A DNA stretch of 64,000 nt from Mytilus edulis. Taxonomy: Eukaryota. The translations under genes were made by a program, and so were the position numbers. Shown here one piece after another: positions 13,401 through 24,800 of this stretch; the first letter of the stretch is position 1, and every line of letters starts with the position of its first letter. The notes beneath the pieces are model-generated. The model worked only from the letters and a program-made list of their open reading frames with translations. It did not search any database and had not been told where the DNA came from. The stretch covers positions 77,004,001 through 77,068,000 of the forward strand of contig NC_092349.1 in NCBI RefSeq assembly GCF_963676685.1, written 5' to 3'.

Positions 13401-16400
13401 ATAGATATGAGGGGGGGGGGTAGGACCTTTATCGGGACTCCGGGATTGGGTGTTTTTAAGCTCGGGATTTGGGGATTGACCCTTTCAAGATCGGGGAATT
13501 CTTTTTTCAAATTTCGGGATGTCCAGATTTAAATTTATTTAAATTTGGAACCTCAGGATTTTGAGTTTTTAAGCCCAGGATTTCAGGATAAGTTTTCAGA
13601 ATTATGACCCATGTGGTCACAGTTATCTCCCATTGAATAAAGGTAAGCTTCATCAAAACAACTCCATTCACTTGTTAAATTTTGAAAAATGACCAGAGCA
13701 ACTGAATTAATTTTAAAGACCATTGAGGTAGTGGCCATTTTCCTCAATAATAAGAGTGACATTTTTCTCTTGCAGGGGAGTCAAGATTTCCAAATATTTT
13801 GTTTTTTGTTAATTGCATCTGGCATTTTTTTTTTTTTTAAAGATTAACAAATTAGCTTATTCAATATTTGAAACCCTTCAATTTGAAAAGTTTTCTGTAT
13901 GAAATTTTGTAGTTTGGTTAGGCATTGCACAAAAAGGGTGGGCTTTATATAGAAAAGTTTCACCCTGCAACATGCTCATGTGCTTAGGTCAGATATTGGT
14001 GTATGTAAGTTATTTGTTAGTCTGTTCATTTTATTCACAAATCTTTTAGACTTTGGATGATTTACAAGTTCATGTATTGTATAAACATCAGTCTATAGTT
14101 GAAGACATGTAGTCTTTGGTTATTTATTTTCATTGGGTAGCTGCCTCGTTGATTTATACCCTACATCCCCCTTTTTTCATAATGATGCATAATATCTAAC
14201 CAACAAAAAGAATACTCACCAAGTTTGATTATAGATGAGGTTCTTACCATAATATTTGGTAACCCCAGATATACTTAACAGCTGTCTCAATTACTGTTCA
14301 CATTGCTTACTCTTCAAGGTCATCAATCTCTCTTCTGCTCTCTGCTCAGTTGTTGGCTCCTCTAAAACATCATTTCTTTTTAATAAATATGAAAGAATGG
14401 AACTTAAAACTCTATATTATTTATCATTTTGTTTGAATCTTGGTTGGTTGACCGGTCACTGGACACATTTTTAATACTAGATACCCCAATGATGATTGTG
14501 GTCAAGTTTGGTTTAATTTAGCCCAGTATTTTCAGAGGAGAAGATTTTTTGTAAGAATTAACGACAACAGACTACAGACGACAACGACGGACGCCAAGTA
14601 ATGAGAAAAGCTCACTTGGTCCTTCAGGCCAGGTGAGCTAAAAAAGAGTACTTAACTTATATTACCTTATTATAACTTATAATGATAACTTTCATTGATA
14701 AAATGTATGTCTGTATAAATGACTTCAATGTATATCAATAGCAACAAAAAGTATATTTTCATACATTTGATTTTTTTTTAAAACTTATTCAAACTTTTGA
14801 GTGAAAATGATAAATTTTGTGCAAATTGATTATGTATGAGATGAAGAACAGCAATAAAAGCACTTTCCCTTTCTTTTGTTTGTTTATTTATGCTGTCTAT
14901 GTACTGATTTTGTGTTCTGGATGGATATTCCTGTGTGCATATTCTTTGTTTACCTATTAAACTGTAGCACTAGGTCTATCAAAGATGAATACCACTGTAT
15001 ACTTTAATGTCCAAATCATAATAGTAGTCAAATCTGAGAAAAGTTTATCAAAAAGAATTTTGGGAGAAATTCATCATCAAAAAACAAATTCAGAAGCTTT
15101 CAGTCTCAAACATTTATGAAAATTTTTTTCAGGTATATTTAGTTTAGATCATTACAGAAACTTACAATCTAATTGTTAATATACATATAGTACAATATAT
15201 TATCAGATAAAACTGCTAGTAATCCGGATGGTAAAAAAATTTTTATTAAGTTTTGTAATAAACTATTTGACTATACCTGTATTCACTTGGTCTACTGTAT
15301 CAAGGGAAAATCAACATGTTTGTGAAATGAAGTTGATATACTGTCTTGCTTTCCTAGATGCATCTGAATACCAATTTAGATTTTAGATGACTAAGTTTGT
15401 AGTGTCAAAGTACTGAAAAGAAACATTTAATATTAAAATTATTCCAGAAAATATGTTGCAAACAAAAAAGTATGTGTGTTTACTGTACCCATACCTTCCC
15501 TAAAGTTTTGTTGGGAAATTTTTTGATTTAGCAATGTTGCTCCAATACTCTTTTTGAGTATTGACCCTACATGTAATACAAGGTTTTCAACATAGATGTT
15601 TTCAGTAAGTTTTGCCAACCAGTTCAATAACTTTACCCAAATTTGATTGGTTAAACTTAATTGTTCTCTAGACAGATACATGAATGTGAGCTCTATTCTT
15701 CTTGTTATATTTGCCACTGGACATTATGCAACCAACAATCAATCATGAATCTTAAATGGTTAAAGTAAAAGCTCTATGCTGTATCTCAAGTAAAGCTTAT
15801 CATAGACATGCACAGACATTAAGAAGATGTTTTACATCTCTAGTAGTAAATCAAACAAAATGGATCACATTAAAGAAATTTCTGATAAATAAATGATACC
15901 TTAAATCTTCTATAACTTTGAACTCATTTGATGTCCCCAAAAAATTTAAGGAAAAACACAGGGGTTTGTCCAAGTAAAGATCAATTTAAACTAAAAATGA
16001 AGCCCAATTCAAACCTGTTGATCACATGATAATTTATACACTCAAATCTACTAACTTCACACTTGAGTAACCAGCCGTGTAGCCAAATATTTTCACCTGA
16101 CAAAAGTATTGCAAAAAAATATGTAACTGAATTTTGCTCAGATAACAAAGAATTGCCCTCAAGGGAACTCTTTTTAACTTGTTAAAGAACAGTAAAATCT
16201 GAAGCATGAGGCTCAAAGAACCTGCATTCAAATTTTTAAGTTTGACCACGAAAACTGATAAACTAAAAAGTGGACCAAGGACAGATATGAAGAATCAAGT
16301 TCTTCTACCTTTTGAAATATAGCTTAATCATATATATACACTTCAACCCCAGGCTGCATCTTCATGTTAACTGTAAAAAAATATAAGTCCATTTATCAGT

Positions 16401-16883
16401 AAAATACGAAAAAAATATAAATAAGAATTTTCAAAACTTTGCTATCGATAGTTGAGCAAAATATATGCTATCTATATTAATGAATATTCCTTTTCAGTTT
16501 GTGTGACTTTTACAAACATTAATATATTTGCTATTGCAAAATTGACAAATCATGCCGGAATGCATCAACCCAGTCTAGTTTATTGTTGGTTGCTTAACGT
16601 CCAGTGGCAAATGTTTCATGCATATTTAGAACGATAAATGAACACGAGCCAGCTTCTCAAATTTCTTCAGATGGTCTTCTGTTTTCATATCCAAAATTTT
16701 TGAGAAAAGATTTTAAAAGCGGTGTTCTGAATGATTCATATAATGAAAATAACCTGGAAGCATATCAAGAGGTGAATATTTACCTTGGGTTTTTGTGGCT
16801 TCACGAACAGTTTCAAAGTTTACATCGTAAATCTTTTGCTTCTGTAAATTGTGTCCATCTTGTTCGTTTGAAGACAAAGTGCA

Positions 16884-16952
16884 ATTTGAAACACTTTGGC
16901 GGGAAATTTTCCAATGGCCAAAAATGAAGGTCTTAAAACTTCAAACCAATGA
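16884..16952 (-). promoter_or_regulatory. Promoter-like cluster: E2F site TTTCCCGCCAA, adjacent TTTGAA (CHR-like), two CCAAT boxes
   Basis: Plus strand reads atttgaaacactttggcgggaaattttccaat...ccaat, directly upstream of the candidate first exon (donor at 16783). Confidence 0.4.
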
Positions 16953-18896
16953 GAACTAACAAAACAAGACACACCCTCGGTATTAAAACTACTCATAAAA
17001 TTTGTTTGACCACAGCCTTGTCCAGTTGTTGAACAATAAACTAAGATCTCAAATCGAGCATAAAAAGGTCTGATAATACATTTAATATGAAAAATGACAT
17101 GAGTTTCCTTTAATCATGGATACTGGTTTTCAGGTAGATGTTTAATAAGTGAAGAGTTTACGAACGTCGGACCGACGCCTAATGTTGTTATACATACATG
17201 CATAATGAAATATTGGTATGCAATATATTTTGTTTACCCCCTTTCCAAATCATAAAGTACGTGGCTGTTTTTCTATTCAATAAATTACAATATTCTTGTC
17301 ATTTGATAGACTAAGGGAGCTACCATTTGAATTTTTTTTTTTTGGGGGGGGGGGGGGGGGGCTTGGATGAAATTTGAAAAAATAGGCAGGACAGGAGTTT
17401 TGAGTAAAATTATAAAGGCAGGATGAGACACTTTGCCAAAAAAAGGCAGGATGACAATTAAGTTAAAAAAAAGTCAGGATAAACTAATAAAAAAAAGGCA
17501 GGACCGAATAGAGTGAAAAATAAAAAGGCAGGACAGAGTTTACAACTAAAAAAAAAAGACAGGACAAAATTTTTCATCCTAGCCACAAAAAAAACACCAT
17601 ACGATTGCGCCAATTAGAAGAAAAATGACTTCCCTACTCCTTTTTTGAAACATATCTTCTTTCTGCTGCTGCATGGGTACTTCCCAGTTTAATGTATGTA
17701 GTAGCTTGTAACTTCATTGTATTGTCCAAATACACAAACATTTAAGGTTGAAACGCATAAAACAGTTCATAATAATTCCTATTAATAACAAAGCCCATAC
17801 GCATTGTGAGAACAAGGCACTGTGTTATCAACATATGTAGCCAAAACATTATCAGAAAAAGCTTCTATGTTCTTCTCTATTGGTATATCTTTATTAAATA
17901 TTCAACAAAGCAATATTTTTTTATTCTCTCTTTGTACATTGACTGTCTAATGCATTTAAAGTCATTTCTCTTCAGATGCTCATCTTCATGGTGAAAGATC
18001 TCCGAACATACGATACTTTTTAAGCCAAAACTAAGAAAAAAATATATATTAATCGTTTATATCTATGATAGATATGTGTACGGGTAAATTGGCGCAAATA
18101 AGTTTCGAATATTGGCGCAATTGATACATTTGGGAAAAAAAATTGGCGCAAATGATACCCCTGAAAAACTGTAATTGGCGCAAAAGGACTGCTGCCATTT
18201 TAAACTGCATGGTTGTAAATTGATTGGCCTCTAATTAATTTTTGTTTTTATAACACTTAATCTGTTATATTTTTTTCAACCTATGCCAACATATTTTCAT
18301 TCAATTTTAAACCTTAATTTCAAAATGTTGGCATAGGTTGAATGAACCGCCACTGGATTCAAAGAAAGGGGGCGTGAATGGTTATGGTAGAAAAAGAAAC
18401 ATCACTGTCAGCTATTGATTTTTTTTCGATCAAAAACGGGCGTAATCCGACTCGTTCTGGAACAAGAAAGAAGGAATATTTTCTATCCATCTTTTTTTGT
18501 TTTTAGGCCCTTACCCTTCCTACCCAGAAAATAGCTGCCTTACTTACTCAAAATCTTTTATTGTCCTGATGTGATTTTTTTTTTATTCAGACTAATAAAC
18601 ATCTGATACTTAAATTTCTCACGTCGGGAAATAGTTACCGCCTCGGGCCGTGGTCCTCATAGCCAGTCAATAAGTGTATAATATTGAACTAACCAAACTC
18701 CTTGACGATGATACATTAAAAAATAAAAAAGTTCAATGAAAAATTAGTTAAAAGACGCGTGTACCGAATTTCCCGCCAATTTTATGAAAGATTACTGTCA
18801 TGAGTTATTTTTTCTTTACTGCACCTTCAATCGATTTACTGTATTGTATAGACACATCAACTGGACTATTCCTATAAAATAGTAATTATATTTACA

Positions 18897-21800
18897 ATGG
18901 CAGACTTAGCCTTGGGAACATGGAAAATGGCAGAATCTCATAATTTTGATGATTATATGAAAGCATTGGGTAAGGTATTGGGTAGATGTAATGTAGTATT
19001 TCTGATAATGTAAATAATGTAAAATTTTAGATAATGTATTAATAATATTATGGAGTGCATGTTTTCATTGTGTACTCTTAAAACTGAATTTATCAGCTGG
19101 ATATCTATTTAATTATTGAATTTGGAAGATAAACTTATTATATGAATATTTTCTAGTGACGTTAATTTATTTATATTTTCCTCTGTTGTTAGTATACGTG
19201 GTTAAAAGTGGCTACTTCTTAAGTGGAGATCAAAGGTTTTTACATATGAATTTGAGAGTGTATGGTACACGTGTACGATATCATATTAAAGATGATCATA
19301 ATCTAATGCACATTTTAATGCACGAAACCAACCTAAAACAAATGGAGAAGATTAAATGCGCATAATTATATCTGTGCATTTGTGGAAAAGGATGTAAAAA
19401 ATATACCGTATGATTCGACAGTTTTATTTCTAGACAAGACTATACAAATACTTTATTAAAGTTTCACCACTTGTTACATATAAAATATATAGCATTGTTA
19501 AACACAAGATAACAACACGAACCACTCTATAGAGAGTTATGAGAGACTATAGAACATTTTTTTAGATATAATACAAATGCAAGTCAATTATCACGAGTAT
19601 AAAATATATGTTTGCTCTAATAAAATTTCATTGCAGCGTTTTGCAGCATAAAAAAAACTTATTTTCATTTTCAAAAAGAAATATCAATGTTTGCTTACCA
19701 GACATGTAAAAAAATCTCATCAACAATACGAGTATGACAGTTTGTCTGACAACTCATTGTTTCTCATAATAATATGGAATTTAATTGATTTTGTTTTCGT
19801 ATTTAATGCAATATACGCCATTATTTACTCGACCCTGTTTAAAGAAATACAGTCGTATTTTTATATGTTGTTTACTATGATATTTTGTTTCGCTACGTTA
19901 GTCAACTTGATAACCGATGACCATTATATAAGTCATTTATCTTCCTGTACTGAGGATAGTCCGGTGACTTTTCACCTGACCTGTCAAATCAAATGGACAC
20001 AAATGTAATTAATATAGGGCACGACCCCTTCCAACAATTACTCTATTAGATAATAGATACACGGTCAGCTTGATCTGGAAGTTAAAAGTAATGAAATGCA
20101 AACCTCCTTTAACGCCCATTTTCCTTATAGAGAAATTCAATTAAAACGAAAAAGTGAAATTCAAAATGCTTCAGATGTATAGCTACGATGATATGTCAGG
20201 GAAAAGTTTTTCAAAACAGTAGTATAGATAATTGACATGTTTTCTAAAAAAAATGCAGTTTATTCATTGAAAAGTGACGACTCAACAATGCTCTATGTGA
20301 TTTGATATGGTGCATGTCCAACAAGAACTGTAATTGATATGCAGTTAATATTTTTCTTTCTTTTGAAAAATCAAAAGTGGTAAAAACATTAAATTTCCAA
20401 ATCGTGCGCGCATATGTTACAACGGCAAATTATTTCAGATATAAATCAAAAGTGTTATGTGGTATACTTCAAATGCGACAGCAATCCGACAACATTCCAC
20501 GCAAATTAAAGACACAAAAATTAACACACGTACCGTTGGCAGACCAAGAAATTGTCACAAAGGGCCAACTGACTGTCAAAGAGGGGACCCGCTCCTGTCA
20601 TGATTCAGTGGTTCTTATTCGCGTTAGACATTTGTTATTTATGCATGAAATATTGGCCACTGAACTTGACACAAATACAAATTAATCATCAACTATACAT
20701 GATTTCATCCATTGAAAAGTGACGACCAAATTGATTAAGTATGATGTCAAATATTGATACTTGTTATGCAGTCCATATTTTTGAAAAATCTAAAGGGGTG
20801 ATAACATTAGTACCCAAAATCTTGCATATAATTATTACAGCATAGTATTTTGGATATACATAAAAAGTTATGTGAGGTATATTTCAATGCTAAATTAAGC
20901 AATACAACAACACCCACGCACATAAAAGACAGATTAACACAAGGTAGACATTTTTTCATTTATGTATGAAATATTGGCCACTGAACCTGAATCAAATACA
21001 AATCAATTATTAATTATGCATGATGTTTTTAGGTGTCGGGTTAGTAATGAGAAAGATGGCAAACATGGCCAAGCCAACAATAGAAATATCTGTGGATGGT
21101 GACAACTGGACCATCAAAACTATAACTACTATAAAAACAACAGAGATTACTTTTAAACTTAATGAAGAATTCAATGAAACTACAGCAGATGGACGAAAAG
21201 TGAAGGTAACTAATAGACAACTTAAAGGCTATAAATTGGATCCTGTTTCTATGAGAGATGACACGGGGCGCTCATTTCCAAAATTTTCTCCATACTCCAC
21301 TTTTTTACTCACTTCATCCCACACCTCAACGTTTTACCTACTATATCCCACATCCCCACTTTTTCCCTATATCACACATCCCCACTTTTCTCACCTCTTA
21401 TATATCCCATTTCTGAAAGTGTATAGAATGGCAAATGGGATATTTTCTGTAGACTTACTCTAAGAAGAAATATCATTCTTGATTGTGTTTTGTTTAATAA
21501 AGTTCATCTTAATTTTCGTTTCAGGTATAGTCCTTTTTGCATGAAAAATGTTAAAATCATGACTCAACTTGAATAACTATATGTTTTCAAAATTTACGTG
21601 AATGCATTTTAATTTATTAAAAAAACCCAAAAACATCCAACATTTTGGCTCGTATAAAATTAAATTGGGAATAAACCCCAGCCCAGAGATGAAAGAAATA
21701 TTACAATTCATTGCTCATGCAGAATAGTGTATGACTAAAAACCAATGAAATTTTTAAGCACCATTATGTATCTCGATAAAAATGGACTAAAAGCAAAAAA

Positions 21801-24800
21801 AAAAAAAATCAAAACGTCATCGCATCACAACAGTGACCGCACCGTATTCAAAATGGAGTAAATAGTTATCAAAAGTAACAGGATTATAATTTTATACGCC
21901 AGACGCGCGTTTCGTCTACATAAGACTTATCAGTGACGCTCAGATCAAAATAGTTAAAAAGCCAAATAAATACAAAGTTGAAGAGCATTGAGGATCAAAA
22001 ATTCCTAAAAGTTGTGCCAAATATGGCTAAGGTAATCTACTCCTGGGGTAAGAAAATCCTTAGTTTTTCGAAAAATTCAAAGTTTTGTAAACAAAAAATT
22101 TATAAAAATGACCATATAATTGATATTCATGTCAACACCGAAGTGCTGACTACTGGGCTGGTGATACCCTCGGGGACGAAACGTCCACCAGCAGTGGCAT
22201 CGACCCAGTGGTGTAAATAGTTATCAAAAGTACCAGGATTATAATTTTATACGCCAGACGCGCGTTTCGTCTACATAAGACTTATCAGTGACGCTCAGAT
22301 CAAAATAGTTAAAAAGCCAAATAAATACAAAGTTGAAGAGCATTGAGGATCAAAAATTCCTAAAAGTTGTGCCAAATATGGCTAAGGTAATCTACTCCTG
22401 GGGTAAGAAAATTCTTAGTTTTTCGAATCAAAGCGCTGTAAGCACTGTAGGCAGTTAACCAAAAACCAAGGCAAACATAATTATGAAAACTGTGGCAATG
22501 TTGCTTCAATTTTGTTTTTAAAGATTTAAAAGAACAAACATTAAACATTCATATATAATTGTACATTTATGTTCATTTAATGAATTAATCATTAAGGCAA
22601 ATAATTCCTATTTTATCAAGGTTTTCAATAGCAACGTATATATCAAGTATATTTTTTTTTCATGCTTATGAGTCTCGAGTCAGCAGTGGTACAAATTCGC
22701 AATGATTGCAGTTCTTCTAGTTTATCGTAATTTTTTGTATTAGTTGACTGATAGTATTTCAAGTTGACTTTAGTACGAGCTTGTAAAAGTATGAATAGAC
22801 TTGCTTCTCTGGAAAGAAAACTGAGTTTGTGTTCTACAGTACAAAAGTTATGAGACACAAATCAGAAAAATGTTTACTACTACAGGGATCAATAGTGAGG
22901 TCTGACTGACCTGTCCATAGTAAATGTAAATGACTCCCACCTTCAATCCAAGTCCATGATGTCTAAGTTTGGAATAAAATGACAGGTGTTAGGTCTAGCA
23001 AAGTGATATGCATATGTGACGCCTATGAGATTGATCTTGTATGTCATTCAATCTTTTTGAAATCAAAAACAGGAATGAATATGGTTTAGGTATTAGTATC
23101 CCAATCTTTTACCTCAAAACACACACAAGAGGGTGTGAGTGACCCCAGGGACTACCCCTATTTTTCATTTGATTTTTTATATTGTCCCATACATGAATAT
23201 ATATGGTTTAGGGGTGGGGGACCCCAGTGACTTCCCCTATATTTCATTTGATTTGTTATGTTTTCCAATACATGGATATATATGGTTGAGGAGTGGGGAT
23301 CTCATCTGTTTCCAAGTTATCAAACAGGATTGGGTAGGGTGACCATTAGGAGTCTCCCTATATTTCATTTGATTTGTTCTTTTGTCCCATACATGAAAAT
23401 ATATGGTTTAATTTATGGTTAGGATCTCGACTGTTTTCAAGTTCTCAAACAACAGGAGGGGTGGGATGACCGCAGGGATTTCCCCTATATTTTATTTTAT
23501 TTGTTATTTAGTCCCATACATGAGTATATATGGTTACATGGTGAGGATCTCGACTGTTTCCAAGTTCTCAAACATGAGGGTGCAGTGACCCTAGGGACTC
23601 CCCCTTTAATTCATTTGATTTGTTATATTGTCCAATACATGAATATATATGGTTTATGGAGGGGATCTCAACCGTTTTCAAATTCTCAAACAGGAAGGGG
23701 TAGAGTGGCCCCACGAACTCCACCTATATTTCATATGATTTGTGTTATTGTCCCATACATGAATATATATGGTTTAGGGGTGGGGATCTCGACCGTTTCC
23801 AAGTTCTCAAACAGGAGGGGTGGGATGACCCACAGGGACTCCCCCTATATTTCATTTGATTTATTATATTGTCCGATACATGAATATATATGGTTTATGA
23901 TTGGGGATCTGGACTGTTTCAAAGTTCCCAAACAGGAGTGGTGGGGTGACCCAAGGGACTCCCCCTGTATTTCATTTGATTGGTTATATTGTCCCATACA
24001 TGAATAAATATGGTTGAGGGATGAGGATCCCGACTGTTTCCAAGTTCTGAAGCAGGAGGTGGTGGGTGACCCTAGGGACTTCACCTATATTTCATTTGAT
24101 TAGTTATATAGTCCCATACATGAATGTATATGTTTGAGAGGTGGGGATCTCATCCGTTTCAAAGTTATCAAACAGGAGGGGGTAGAGTGCCCCCAAAGGA
24201 CTCCACATACATATAATTTGCTTACATTCAGGTATCATATAATCTAGATGCACTATATGTGTAAAATAAGAAACTTCTAGCTATTTTAACTGACCCATCA
24301 AAATTGAGAAAAAAAAAATACCCATCTAGTAATATGTTTACACTTTAAAAGAATCTAACTTGCTTTACCAACATTTATTACTGATAAAGAAAATTTATAC
24401 TGTCACCAACACCATATATATTGTTAGATATACTGTTCCCAGCTGTCACAAAGACTCACATTGAGTTTTTTTACATTAAAATTTGTCAAAAAGTAATTTT
24501 GAGTTTCCTATGGATACCTATGGATCTTCAGAACGCTGGCACTCTTGCACCATTATATTCTGCTCTACTTCATCATCATTGTATTTAATTGTACGTTTCT
24601 CACATTTTCAGTACAAAATATTTTTAGTTTTTTCATTCTTTTACATATATCTTTTGGTTTTCAATTCTAGTGTTTATATTTATTTACCATGCAAAGATGT
24701 ATTTTGTCATCTGTCTGATTTTTTTTAAAGTTCAAAGATCGCCAAAACCCGGAATTACCCATATCAGCTTCCGGAATCGGATCCGATTTTAGAATTTTCT

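Larger units (their letters stand above)
460..16900 (-). ncRNA. Putative multi-exon long non-coding RNA or decayed gene; candidate exons ~16784-16880, 14220-14361, 7983-8044, 3240-3307, 2764-2827, 2053-2111, 1851-1960, 460-527
   Basis: Series of short, relatively GC-richer blocks bounded on the minus strand by yyyyAG acceptors and GTAAGA/GTAGGT/GTGAGT/GTAAAT donors; exons 2764-2827 and 1851-1960 have stops in all three frames; promoter-like motifs at ~16890-16950. Continuity of all exons in a single transcript is inferred. Confidence 0.4.
21858..22427. mobile_element. 355-bp retrozyme/Penelope-LTR-like tandem repeat (left part, ~1.6 units)
   Basis: aatagttatcaaaagta recurs at 21861 and 22216; each unit has a minimal hammerhead on the minus strand. 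Located in FABP intron 2. Confidence 0.8.

Noticed and set aside
16604-16927. 107-aa plus-strand ORF
   Set aside because: Starts at GTG inside a short dispersed repeat, has no recognisable motif and overlaps the minus-strand first-exon/promoter candidate.
18088-18185. Four ATTGGCGCAA motifs upstream of FABP as an E2F cluster
   Set aside because: Regular spacing resembles subterminal repeats of a transposon fragment (another copy in reverse at ~17606); no evidence of function.
21206-21463. C-terminal extension of the 147-aa ORF at 21020
   Set aside because: Read-through into FABP intron 2 after the AAG|GTAACT donor; true exons 3 and 4 are downstream.
23139-24084. ORFs of 67-168 aa in the track
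   Set aside because: They are translations of the 120-bp minisatellite, with frameshifts between units.
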